Of a DNA stretch of 64,000 nt, positions 1 through 12,122 are shown piece after piece (position 1 is the first letter of the stretch; each line of letters opens with the position of its first letter). The stretch is from contig NMRA01000036.1 in NCBI GenBank assembly GCA_002633005.1, positions 310,001 through 374,000 on the forward strand, given 5' to 3'. The position numbers and the translations under genes were made by a program. The notes under the pieces are model-generated. The model ran no database searches and was not told the origin of the DNA. It saw only the letters and a program-made list of their open reading frames with translations. This stretch comes from Phoronis australis (Eukaryota; Animalia; Phoronida).

Positions 1-111
1 TGCTGTACAGGGTAAATTTGGCATGTCTAAAAATAATTTCTATTTCGTTTTCATTGTACACAAGCATAAAAAACCGACATTATTACAAACTGTGAATAAT
101 TATAACTTATT

Positions 112-1433
112 ACCTGGGTGATTCTCCAGGAACGTTGGTCCTATCTTCCTGCTGTCTAGGCTGCCGAGGATTCTGTATATCGGATCCAATGGTTTGCTTG
201 TCTTAGAACCATTCTACCCAGACATCTTCGACGTTCTTTCCCAACGCTTGCACTTCGTCAACTGTTGTGTCAATGACCTTGTCCACCTCTACAATGCAGC
301 ATCTCGTTTCGCAGCTCAGTTCGCACTAAGCCCCCTGAGGTTACCAAGTCCATTCAAAAGACTTACAACATGAGCAACTAAATTTGTTCCGTTCATCATG
401 GACTACTTCAAACCTTGACGATGTATCCCAGGACCCATTTGCATCTCTTGCAACTTTCGAAATAAACGTCCCAATGTGTGAACGCTTGAAACCCGAAGTA
501 TTAACATCAAATAAATGCCCATGGGCATGGGCGTTTCGTCGGGTGGGCCTTTCTGCAGAAATTCCCAGTAGGGCCTATAGAAAACCTCATTGGTGCTTAT
601 TGCAGGTAGAAAGACGGTAGGCGGTTGAGGTCGGCATTAGAGCTCCTTAGAAGGCCCATTGAACATCGCACGAGTCCCGCAAGACTTTGTTGTGAAAATA
701 CAGCCTCCCCGCAATTTCTGGTACTGTACACTGTTCTCGAATGCGGTCACTTTATTAATGTGAGTGCTCCCTTGGTCATTCCTTGTATAGTCATAACTTG
801 TTAGAGTGCCATGATCTTCAAACAGACTCGCGACCAGACCACGGCGCCCGCCACAATAACAATTCTTCGGAAAACGAGTTTTTTTCAAAAGTATTACATG
901 TACATGTACACAGTATGATATTGCGCAAGACAACTTTACAATACACCAGTCAAACGTGTGGGGTGTAATAGGATGACACGGCGTGACAGATGAGGTAAAA
1001 ACGTTGCCCATCAATTCGCCTGAATATTAGGATTGCGGCACCACAGTATTTTCCCTAATCAAATCAAAACATATCTTAGGGTAAAGAAACTAGTTACCTA
1101 AAGAAATCAGCTATAGGGCTGCTTTTTCAGCGGAGATGCTTGGCTACTTCAGAAGTGTCGTCGGGAGCGCGCGCACAATTGATCTGCGGGGTTTTGCCGA
1201 TGAGCCACGAAGACTCGAAACGCGTTGATTTTCATAACAGCAATTCACAATGCAAAAAATATATTTTCAGAGTGAACCCCTCTCCCCTCATTTTTTCCAA
1301 GTTGGTTTACTCGGGGTTTACACACGCTGGCGGTGCCGTTTTTTGTTTTGCTGGAGACGTTTTTTTTTAATTTTTGGGTCCTGGCCCGAGGGGGGTTTTA
1401 AACCCCCTGAACCCCCCCGTAGATCCGCCACTG
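112..1433 (-). mobile_element. Decayed hAT-superfamily DNA transposon (THAP12/ZMYM1-like transposase remnant plus one terminus)
   Basis: Minus-strand translation, with stops and frameshifts, gives hAT-like motifs in the expected order: HINKVTAF (HxLNLV-like), FNGPSK (FxxSPKR-like), GSWDTSS, LVAHVVSLLNGLGNLRGLS, EVQALGKNVEDVWVEWF and NPRQPRQQEDRTNVPGESP (PRxxxRQxxRxNxP). A terminus CAGTGGCGGATCT reads on the minus strand from 1433. Confidence 0.6.
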
Positions 1434-2339
1434 GGGAATTGCTTAGTTTTGCAGTTTCAATGTCGTTTTGTACAATGCCTTTTAGCTCAGCTTCAAATAG
1501 CTACAGAAAACAATCATGCGTTCCCGGAAAGACATGAAAATTCCAGCCACATTTGTCATGGGGGTTCTAGTACATTTGAAAGTTATAAATGGAAAGAACT
1601 TTAAATCGTGATTGTACTTTTCTGGTTGTGTTAACATAGCAGCAGCATGTTTCCATAAAAGTGCACGTGTCTGCGCACTTCAGCGGTGAATGTACATTTC
1701 GGATAATCAAGCACATTACATGTGCTTCATTCTACTCTCTCTGAGTGGTTAGTCAGGTTTGACGGCAAGAGTCAGTTGAAAGTGTTACGAGATCTCGCGC
1801 AATGGCACACAGGGACACTTTCTACGTTTTAAACACATTCGTGGACACAGCATGTGGAATAATTTAAAACCGTTGACGGTTTTGTATCGTATTTGCCTGT
1901 ACTTAGGCACGTGTATGTATTTGCCCACTAGAATTTTGAAAAAATGTGGGATCACCAAGTTACTTTTTCCGTTACGCAGCCGCCTAAACAAATACACCTC
2001 TGGCAAAAAAATGTGCACAGGTTACAGAAAGGCCACTTCTAATTAACTTAATGCGTAAATTCCTTTCGAAAATGGATTCATTTTGTTGTACCATGTCACT
2101 TTCATGTTTTAACGCGTATATTTACAACTTGACTATTTATTTCCGTCGGCGTAAGTAAACGATCTTTCTGGATTTCGAGTATCTCAAATGTTAACGTTTT
2201 GGCGTCTACACAAAAATTCATAAAACCGAATGTATTGTTTTTTATGTTTATGATGCCCAACTTGTTGTCAATGAAATATGAACAAAATTAGGGGGTCGCC
2301 GGCTTCCGTTTTTGGGCTATTTTATCTCAGACAACGTCA

Positions 2340-2960
2340 CATAAGAAAGCGCAAATTGCCCTTCTCAAAAGTGTAACGCCAAAATAACAAAACCCAAGGT
2401 TATTTGTAATTGAATAATCTGTTTTTAAATAAAATCATGTTAAGTTAATCAGTATCATGAAATAAGACTGCTTATACAGCTTTCTGCCATAATAAGTCGT
2501 TTTCAGATTAATAAAGCAGAGTTTGGTATTCTTTTAAATGTAATATGCGATCGTCAAATTTCTGACTCATGTACGTTTTTCTTAATGATCTCTGAATAAG
2601 CTAAACCGAATGTACATTTAATGAGTCAATATACCACCTGACCCACAACAAATTGCAACAAAAGGTTTTACAGTGGTTTTATGCTCTACTGGGTATCCTT
2701 ATTAACTGGAAGTCTACCAAAATCTGACTACCGGAAATGGGTTAAAACTGTGTCATTTCCAAGATGGCCGCCACGACATTTCGAAATCACCAAAAATAGA
2801 GATATTTTCTTCAATAACTGAGATAGACACATAATCTGTGGTTTTAGTCTATGGTTTCCAGGGGTGAGCAACTCATGGTGTGCTTGAAATTAAGATATGA
2901 TCAGTATTTGATATAAAATTCAAGATGGCGTCTAAAACTCTAGTGCGAAAAATCACTATT
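2340..2960. mobile_element. Probable non-coding subterminal region of a DNA transposon (Academ-like)
   Basis: Repeated CAAGATGGC(C/G) motifs at about 2760 and 2921, lying downstream of the AcademX coding remnant. Boundaries are approximate. Confidence 0.3.
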
Positions 2961-2967
2961 TGTCCAT

Positions 2968-3475
2968 TATATCGGGTGGTCAAAAATAACGTTTCGAATT
3001 TCAATCTTTATTTTTCGAAAAACATTCATTGAAATTCATACAAAATTTTGCACATGTGCATATCAATCCATTGTCAGTACATCATAAAAACATAATACAC
3101 TGTGTTTTTGCTCCAGGACAGGAAAGATACTTTGTAACTAAAAAAGACAATGCCAAATTAGACTACATCATTATACAAAGTGTCATCATCAAGGATGGTG
3201 ACACTTGACAATCAATTTACTCAGATGTATATTTTCAAGGGGATTGTCATAAAAATGTTTTTTTCAGTTGGGTGCAACATTTTGCGAAGTAAAGATGGTG
3301 TTTCAAGTGCTGAGAACGAGTACAATGGGGTTCACCACAACATGTTTTACACAAATTCCTGATTGCAATCTAATGAACTACAACGTTTGGAATGCACTGA
3401 CACAGAATGTGTACCAAGGTATAGGTTGCACTCTGCTCAATAACTTAAACCTGTAAAAATTCGTATTTACTTGAA
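2968..3475 (+). mobile_element. Tc1/mariner transposase remnant
   Basis: TIR-like start TATATCGGGTGGTCAAAAA. Translation PDCNLMNYNVWNALTQNVY matches the SPDLNP(M/I)DYxVW motif, and an upstream FQLGAT resembles FQQDGA. Frameshifted. Confidence 0.6.
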
Positions 3476-3605
3476 AGGCATCTGTTAGTATCAAAATGAT
3501 GAGCAACAGGTGCCAGTAAAGTATTTATTCGTCGACGTGATACATGAACGTTTCGGTTACATTTTCATCCAAGAATGTTGTGTTCATTACACGTACTGCC
3601 TCCGT

Positions 3606-4291
3606 TCAACCCTCGTCAGTGTCTTCGATTTCCTCAGAAACTTGATTTAGCAGATTGTCACAACATGTCTCTAGACACAATCCACATGTAGATGTACATG
3701 CAAGCCCATTCTTTCTGCAACTGCAACGGGGCGTACTACAAGCTGTGGAACAGTTGCAGTGTATCATCTTCAGGAGTGTCTGGTGCAGCATTCATGGCGG
3801 TTATGATGAGTATGAATTGATTGTCTTCTAGTTTCCAGTCCCAGTCTAAAGGATCCAGGTCATTTGCCATCCTTGTCTATGCAATGGCCTGGCAGTACAC
3901 CCAAGACAATGAAACCTAGTAAACACGTGCTCTCTCCGCCAAACATGGTTACCATCGCTTTGCTGGCAAGATTCTCTATCTCTGAGGGGCTCACAACTTT
4001 CGTGGTGAGTGTGTTTGCGCAGGACTGGAAGACTTGATCATCTTTCACGAGTTTCTGAGAGACTGATTTCTTTCCGACGCCATATACACGAGACGTTGAG
4101 TCGCATCCTGTGAAGGAGTGCAGGAATAGTAGCTAGGTACAAATCTTAATCCTGAGCACACACTTCATCCAATTTATGTTATATACATTCAGATTGGTTC
4201 TTGACTGGTTGTCTGATCTGAAAATAGAGGTTTCAGTCATACAGTAATGGAGCATATGCATCAACAGCTCAGTGTCCTCGCCGATTACTGT
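3606..4291 (-). pseudogene. AcademX transposon protein C-terminal remnant (XPG/FEN1-like nuclease plus Cys8 zinc finger)
   Basis: Minus strand reads TVIGEDTELL, then LLFLHSFTGCDSTSRVYGVGKKS (H3TH-type motif), then LDPLDWDWKLEDNQF, then LLKMIHCNCSTACSTPRCSCRKNGLACTSTCGLC. Stops and frameshifts are present. Confidence 0.75.
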
Positions 4292-4877
4292 AAAACTTTT
4301 TGTTGCAATTTGTTGTGGGTCGGGTGGCTATTTGTCATAAATTGACTTGTTCACATCCAAACGTACGCTTATTGACACACTGCCAAATTGACGTATTATT
4401 GTTTCTTCAGAAAGTAAAAGTTTGTAATCGTGCTCATGCAGTGTATGTTACCGTAAACAAGAGACATTGGAACGGTACCATTTTTACGTCTGGAATTACT
4501 AAAGAAATTGGACTCTGAAAAATTATAACATTTTTAAAAACAGACAAATTGAGCACGCGTTGCGTAGTTGTCACGGTCAACATTCAAGAACGAAAAAATT
4601 AGACAGCTGGATTGGAAAGCGGGACTTCAGGATAAAAAGCGGGACATCTGGGTCTAAGCCCAAAACGTAAGGGTGAAATGTTTGCTGCAAAACACAAAGA
4701 CGTACAGACAGCTTTTTTGTCTAACGGGAGATGTAACACCCAAAATGCCCGAGAGCGTTTTTTCTTGTTGTTTTTTATAGTTGGATGGGAAATTGCGGGT
4801 GCTGCAAGAAATCATGAAACGTCCTGTTTTTTGGCAAGCGGGAAAATATGGCTAAGTCGCGTGAGAAATTGCAATAG

Positions 4878-5585
4878 TACAAACCCAAAGTATCAAGAGT
4901 GGCGTATATGAAGTAATGTCCCACGAGACATTATTCCGCGTATCGACCGAGACCGTACGCTTCGAATTCCTAAGTTTCTTTCATCTTTTCGGTAGATTTT
5001 TTAAATATTTCACCCAGACTTTTCACCTGGCGGATCACATCCTATATGTAATACTTGCACGTTAGGTTACAAGTTTTCTCTAATAAAAGAAACAGTTTTA
5101 AATGTAACGATTTCTTACTTGAAAAGAAATAACAAAGATAAAAACAACGGTAATTGAGCATTGAACTGGTGACATTTCCTGAAAATAGTTAAATAACAAC
5201 ATTTGATGCTGTAGTTACCGAAGAATTGGCGTCTGAGTTGCAGACTATATAATATTTAGCAATGGAAAACTGAGACAGAATTGTCATCTAATGAACAGTT
5301 TTGCACCAAATGTTACGTTTGGGACCAGACTGCATGTCGAATATTATTTATACTGCTGCAGTTGCATTACTTTAAACAACATTCGGAAAGTTTGATGATC
5401 GAACCGGCTAACGACATCGAGTGGCCGTTGACCTACCTTTTGAAGTTTCCATGTCAGAGGGCACTGTTGAAAACGGAAAACAATATCACATAGCCGTATT
5501 GCACTCGACTGATTCAACGCGTATGGGATAAATTTTTATCATATACGCGTTGAATGAGTCGAGTGCAATACGGCCGTGTGATATT
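4878..5585. mobile_element. Non-autonomous repeat unit, copy 1 (probable Crypton-type)
   Basis: Clearly homologous along its length to 12123-13190 and 13184-13914 (e.g. GAAAACTGAGACAGAA, TTGACCTACCTTTTGAA, GATTCAACGCGTATGGGATAAAT). It ends in an inverted duplication at 5482-5585. Confidence 0.6.
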
Positions 5586-5769
5586 TTAAAATCTAAAACA
5601 ACAGACTAATCAGAAGTTCGTACATTCTGACACCTTATTGCATCAAGAAAAGTACGTTATAGACCACGTTTCAAGAAAAAATAGAAGGATCAACTTTCTA
5701 ACTTTGAATACATAACAGGTAAGGTACATATTTGTGCTTTAGAAGTGTATCCAATATGATCACCTGTTG

Positions 5770-5925
5770 CTTTTTAACATCTTCAGCCCTTGGGTGTCCA
5801 GGCCTTAGACTGTACCGCCGTCTCAGCTAGCCCCAGTAGAGATGGTGGCCATGTCATAGACACCCCATACCCCGAAAGCTTTTCCGCGAATCATACATCA
5901 CTCTGATTAAACCACTAAAGCTATG
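5770..5925 (-). mobile_element. Possible tRNA-derived SINE remnant
   Basis: Minus strand begins with an A-box-like TAGCTTTAGTGG and ends CCTGGACACC...GTTAAAAA. The B box is not clear. Confidence 0.3.
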
Positions 5926-6128
5926 TTACAATAAATCTGAAAGTACCTTTTGCACGTAAAGGAACGCCTCAGGAGGACGCTGACGTCTTTCTTTCTTCCC
6001 AGCTCGAATATTCCTGCAATCAAACTTTGTTTTATTGGGGACAAATAAAACAACGACAACAATATATGTTTTAGGTTGTATTGGGAATTTCAGGGTCACA
6101 GCTCAACAAATGAATATTTCCCAGAAGG

Positions 6129-6389
6129 AACCAGATGGGTTTCTTAATTACATGAGATAACACACACATTTAAGATACCCAATGTGTAATTGAGTATCGA
6201 ATACTAAGTGGCACAGGTTAGCATAGTACCAAATGGGTACATAATACCAAATGGGTATTGGCCGATTGCCTACCAAGTGGGTCGAGCAAAACGGCAAATT
6301 CAATAACAAGTACCAAATGGGTACAAACTGCCAAATGGGCAGATATCAAATAAAGTACCAAGTGGGTACATCAAACAGCCAACTGGGCT
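6129..6389. repeat. Array of eight short hairpin motifs (stem-CC A(A/G)NTG GG-stem)
   Basis: Copies at 6129, 6226, 6243, 6272, 6310, 6328, 6355 and 6377. The flanking arms differ between copies but remain self-complementary. Confidence 0.8.
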
Positions 6390-6619
6390 ATAACAACCTG
6401 CAAAGCAGGTTCCAGACAAGCTGAGTGAGCAGACCAGCGGGAGTGATAAAAAAGATATTGTAAGGAACTTGGTGTTGTGGCTCAGTATGTGCCACATGGG
6501 TAGGGTTGTTCATGGATGAACAATCCTGTCCACCGACACAACACATTAATTTCATTGAATCAAAGCTCCTAACACGGGGGTATGTCACTTGCCTTTTAAA
6601 ACTAAAGCAAGAGTTTGAA

Positions 6620-7005
6620 GTTATACTTCAGAAAGCTGTGTGCATGAAGTTATTTGGAAGGCAAATGGAGTTTGTGCCTAAGCAAGAGACACGAATGGGA
6701 ATTGGTGCTAGTGTGCAATGATTCACTTGTTGACAAATCAATTAACACACACATTTTGAATCGAACATGCGCCCGAATCCTACCTGTGTTTACACAAGGA
6801 CAATTACCAATGTGCAGTGTACATGCATGCCGACATAATCGTCTCCTTTACGGTGGAGCTTTGTAGTTTAAATGGATGGTAATGCCCACAGCTTCATTGA
6901 CAGTACTCAAAGATATACGCTGCAAGTGCAAAAAGAACACGTGTGCAGGGAAACTGTGTTCGTGTTGTAATGCTGGGTTAAACTGTACATTTTTTAAAAC
7001 TGTAG
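6620..7005 (+). pseudogene. Second AcademX C-terminal remnant (Cys8 zinc finger)
   Basis: From about 6867 it reads FKWMVMPTASLTVLKDIRCKCKKNTCAGKLCSCCNAGLNCT. Upstream KAVCMKLFG resembles FVCxLYG. Frameshifted. Confidence 0.6.
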
Positions 7006-7515
7006 TAACATCAGCAACACTGACTGTACAACTTTGTACTGATTATTTATATTAACCGTTATAGCAGACCACCAGCTTATCGAACCTCGTCATTTCGTTA
7101 TATTTTTGTGTTAAAAACGCAAGATGTGAGTTCTATTCCACAACTCATTGATTAAGTCATAGCACCTACATGTCATGTATTTGACCGAGACTGCTTGCTA
7201 GACACTGTCAGAATAACCTAGTATTTTCACACTGTCAATCTTCTTTACGGAAATTAAGTTGACTTTGGAATTCCTATTCCATATTTTAGGTTGCAGTGAA
7301 CTTTTTCAAAATACGCGATAGCCACTAAGTATTCGCCGTCCCGGATTATACACCGACACTCAAATCTCGCTGTATTTACCCACAATGCCATAAGCATCCG
7401 CCATGCAGGCACATTTGCTGCCTCGTTTTCGTACCATTGGAGTTCTGCATGTTTTTTGTTGTTGTCTGTTTCTTTGCAAGTTTTTCTTGGCAGCATCCCT
7501 CTATTCGTTCTTCCA

Positions 7516-7710
7516 ATGCTAACGAAGTATTACTGCTGTAATGTGGGGTGCAACTCCGACATGAAAAAGTTTGATAAACTGGAGAAATACCTATGAATGC
7601 GTGATCTAAAATTCTTCGCTTTCCTGGCATCAATCACTAGAGACAAGAAACTGCGAAGCAAGTGGTTAAAACAAGCGCGTCGAGTTAATTTTGAACCGAA
7701 CAGGATTCCC
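7516..7710 (+). pseudogene. THAP zinc-finger remnant of a DNA transposon
   Basis: MLTKYYCCNVGCNSDMKKFDKLEKYL*MRDLKFFAFP, then after a frameshift RDKKLRSKWLKQARRVNFEP. This has the CxxxC, FxFP and W..RR pattern of THAP domains. Confidence 0.65.
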
Positions 7711-7848
7711 TTTCATGAAGATACCCGTTCAATTTCGGTAATTAATCACGGTTAAAATCAGGAACATTTCCACGGCTATACATGTCGCCGGTTTCCGACA
7801 TAATCTTCGAAAATATGCCTGATTTCCAAAGCGAAGTCACGTGCTTTC

Positions 7849-8121
7849 CATGCGCGCACCCAAAGGGGGCTCGGGGGGCTGTTGAAGTGGGCAAAAATGT
7901 CCCCCTCAGAGAAAAAAAGTCCGAGAAAACGAGACAAAAGTCCACTAAAAAGGCAGGAGTCCGGTGCGAATGTACAACCCATAGCTCTGAACGTACATGT
8001 AGTACCCTTTTTATTTTCTAGTCCCTGTTTTTTTAGTGCCCGTTATTGTTTTTTATTGAAAGGTCTACATTCTCAAAGATTCGAGTCCCCCTACGTATAT
8101 TTCAGGCTGGGTGCGAGCATG
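7849..8121 (+). mobile_element. MITE family A (CATG termini), 5-bp TSD CTTTC
   Basis: TIRs CATGCGCGCACCCA and TGGGTGCGAGCATG. CTTTC occurs at 7844-7848 and 8122-8126. It is an inverted homolog of 27843-28128. Confidence 0.8.
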
Positions 8122-8808
8122 CTTTCTTATCTTAGTGAAAAAGGAGAGTTCTGTCGCCGTGTAACACCGGCAGGACGGCCCTGTTCACTCGAGTTAGGCA
8201 AGGAAAAGCACAAAGATGAGCGTAGCACTCGTAAAAGTATGATGGGAAGATATCCGGGGGGATTTGTGTCCCTTGGATGTTTTGTTCGTCAACTAGCGTG
8301 ATTTTGCGTGTCTTCCTCAAGATGACACCCCATGAGGGAAGCTCGAGTGAACCCGCGACAGACTTTCATATGTTCAAATCGTTTTGACTAAGTTGTCTCC
8401 AGAGTCACGGTATAAGTTAATTATAGATCAATGTGTTTACATATTTTTATGTGTTTCATTCGATGTTATTCGCTGTATTTCGAAATGAGTAACTTTTTAT
8501 GAGGATGTATTACCTGTGTATGCCAGGGGCATTTACACGGCGATGTACTTGCCTAGCATTGGACCTGCATTGTCAACTGCGAGTTGACAACTGTGAAGTC
8601 TTCTTTACTTTATAACTTGTAAAAGAAACTTTGGGATCCTGGAATGTTAAAATAATGTCCTGCCACGTATATTTCAGAGTGTTTTAAGGACATTTTTGGG
8701 ACACTCATATACATTATAACGGATTTATTGTACAGCTTCATAGAATATTTGTAATTAGTTTGTCACTGTCGAACACTCCAATGATACAACACAAGGACGA
8801 CGACGATT

Positions 8809-10492
8809 TGACCTAGCGCAAGCTCCGCTCCTTTGAGAAAAGTCACGTGACACCCGACAAACAAACAAGATGTCAGAGGCAAATACACTGTCACTAAACG
8901 ATGTTCCTGGTGTAATCGATGAGTGTTTTTGGCACTATCCCAAAACGCTTCGACAAAGAAAACAGGCGATACTTTTCACCAGAGAATCAAACTTCTTGGT
9001 GTGGGAATTTGTAAAGGTGACGTTGAAAAAATAAGTGTTTGAGGAAAAGTATTTCGGAACCAGCGAAAATCCGAAGAACAGCCCACACGGGGTTCACCTT
9101 CACCAGACAAATGACAAGGGCACTGGTGCGATATATTCACGTAAAGCTGGGTATATACCTTAAAGTCGAATTATCTGTGCGATGCAATACATTTCAGGAT
9201 CTTTTGAACAAAATTAGTGAAGATTCACCGACATTTTTATTCTGTCGTCTGCAAAATTCTGCCAAATGAAAAGTAGGTCACAACTGGTGGGACTCCCCGA
9301 GTAAAGTAGGTCGAGTCGATAGCACTGTTTACGCTTTTCTAATCTTCGAACGAAATATTCTGATTAAAAAACTCAGGTTCATAGCTCGAGTACACATTCA
9401 TCTTGTCCTAGGCAAGCAGTTAGCTCCGGTAGGTCTCGGGCTGAGTCCAACTCAGTCAATTTAATGCATGGAGTTGACCGTAAATTTTGCACCCGATTAA
9501 AACATTTAAGTTAGGCCTGCCTTCTGATGAACCTCGCACTTTTGTAGTTTCATTGCGTAAAGGTAACTTTCAGTTAATTTCAAACGTAGCATGATCACTA
9601 AGCTGTGGTATGGTTACAAAAGATGGCAAAAATGAATATTTACAAAAAAAACTCATTAATTCTTTTTTAATGCTTCCTAAATCTAAATGTTATGTTTGAA
9701 CAACTTAAAAATGAACCCTCGCTAATTCTTCAGGCAGAGTGTATGTTAGAGGTTGTCATAAAACAGTAATTCAACTGTTTATTTTTTCGTGACAACAGCT
9801 CGATCAAGGCTTTGAGTTCAGTAACTGAATCCAGTGCCCCTTCCTGTGCCGATCGAATCGCTCAATTTTGGAGAGAAGTTCAGTTGAACGCCAGTCTACG
9901 GGTATATGAATAATAAAATCGTACCTCTGCTACGAAACAAAACGATGTCCATTAGGTGGAAATAAAGTGTCATCAAAACAACGATTTCCGGGGACTATAT
10001 ATAGTGCTGAGATCCAGCAGTAGGTACCGAGACAAAGGCGGCCAGACGAGTAAAACTCCGGTGTCAAAATCAGATAGGCCTACACGTTAGCACCAAACTG
10101 AAAAGTGCTTATCTTGGAACAAGTATATTTGTGTTTAAACTTCGATCAAGCAACACTGCCAAGTTCAGCTGCTCACGTGACCGTTCACAGTTTGATCCAT
10201 AGGCAGGTTTACACATTTAGGCATCACGTTTTGGCTTAGTAGATGCCCACAAAATGACGGGATATTCTTCTCGAGATGCACAACGGCTATCGGAATTACA
10301 CACGCCATATCAATATCGTTTCACTATTCTTATCGCACAATTTCCTGAGCTATAGTCTAAAATAAGTTTTAGACTACAACGTATTGTTTGTCGGGTAAAA
10401 TAGCGGCTTGGAAACGTAGACGAAGGTGTGTCTAGAATGCTACGTTCTGATTGGTCAGATAAGTCGTCAGTCACAATTCTGGCGATAGGTCA
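8809..10492. mobile_element. Internally deleted ISL2EU-like (PIF/Harbinger-related) DNA transposon, copy 1
   Basis: TIRs TGACCTAGCGC and GCGATAGGTCA. The + strand remnant reads MSEANTLSLNDVPG...KISV*GKVFRNQRKSEE. A convergent - strand THAP remnant reads YGVCNSDSR...KPK...LWIKL...KHKYTCSK. Inserted in a GAC/GAT repeat and homologous to 45211-46554. Confidence 0.7.
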
Positions 10493-10494
10493 AT

Positions 10495-10612
10495 TATGAT
10501 GATGATGATGATGACGATGTTGATGATGATGAAGATGACGATTATGTTGAAGACCACAATGACAATGATGATGGTGATGTTGACGATGATGAAGATAACA
10601 GTCTTTGATGAT
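10495..10612 (+). repeat. (GAT)n degenerate microsatellite
   Basis: Direct reading of the sequence. Confidence 0.9.
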
Positions 10613-11670
10613 ATATTTCGAACTTTTGTCAACTATTGAGCACGTGTACGAGATTAAAGAAAGTTTTACAGGATCACAGTGGCTTTTATGGACGAATTTG
10701 GGATTTGCTGGGTAAGACAGACTTTTCGAAGTTTTGACCAGAACTACAAAGCAGAAAATTACGTCATGTCAACTGTTATTAGTCATTACTTAAACTTAAA
10801 AAATGAAACTTCTCGTTGTGAAGATGATTAAATTTTTTTCGGCATTGACAAAAACTCAGACTTAACAGAGAAAAATGTTATCACAATGTCAGGTGAGAGA
10901 CCCATCAAAGCTATTCTTGATGATCCTAAAACGAAACGTTTGTTTTATTCTGAAAATCAATTATAGCTTTAAATTAGAAATTGCCAACTCTTCTTTACTA
11001 TTGGCGTATTAAGGAGGGTGGGGGAGTAGGGGTTACGTAATAAGGGAGGGGGGAAAAGGGGGCCCACTACCCTACAAATATTGTCAAAAAAGCCGTTGGC
11101 ATGACCACTTTGGTGCCTACATGGGCGTTTTCTTTCGAAAACTGCTTGGCTACATCTGTGCTGTTTTTTGCACCATACCATTATTTTATGCAACAGTAAT
11201 GAGAAAGAAAGAAATTTCAAAACTGTCAACATGAAAAGGAATTAATTTTTTTAGGAGTGAGTTATCACGCAGATTCTACGCATATGAGCTGTTAACAACA
11301 TGATATTGATTTTTGATTGGTTTGCTAGCACGTTCAAACGATTCCTTACGTCATATGATCATGACAGTGTATTCTTTAGAAGCGCGACCTAACTGCTAAA
11401 TATATTAAATTGGTTTAAAATGCTATGAGGTCAATGAGAATGACAAAAAATGACGAGATGAAACGATGATGTGAAATGTGTTGTCGCTTTATGTATCTAA
11501 ATAACCGAACAATGCGAGCAACGCCCTTTAGTTTTCTTCACAGGATAACGTTTTAAATTTTAAGCTCTGGAGCCGTACTGAAATAGTGGGTTGCCGGGGC
11601 GTTTGGTTACATCCACACATTTGCTGATAAATGTATTCATTTCTCATGTTGTTCATTTGATTGTCAGCAC

Positions 11671-11736
11671 TCCGTCTGTCCATCCGTCCGTCCGTCCGCC
11701 TGTCCGTCCGTCCATCCATACATACATACATTCATA
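11671..11736 (+). repeat. (CCGT)n-(CATA)n compound microsatellite
   Basis: Direct reading of the sequence. Confidence 0.9.
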
Positions 11737-12122
11737 ATCCCATTGTCAAAGTACCTGTTTTTTATCCGTTTGTCTATCATTATGCTAGTCTGCCTCTAGT
11801 TCACGTCTAAACGAGTATTTGCTAAGGCATGAAAAATTCGTATTGTAAATGTCAACTTCGTCAAAAACCATTCACGCGAACAAACGATAGCAGCCAAAAA
11901 TCTTTTGTTCTCTGTGCGTGCTTACGTGCACGACGCTGTTATGTTTTATTCATGTTTTACGCAAAACCACTGCCAAGACAATATCTGGTAAACAGAAGCG
12001 AACGCTACTAATGTATAGATGGCTTTCACTCTGAGCGACCCGCTGGGTCAGGGTGTGGCATGTTTCAAGCTGTGGTTATCGTGCCTGCTACCATTTTCTT
12101 TTCTCGGTCTCTAATGTAGCAA

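Noticed and set aside
6129-6389. CRISPR-like repeat-spacer array
   Set aside because: The repeats are only 11-17 bp, the spacers are very unequal, there are no cas genes and the context is eukaryotic.
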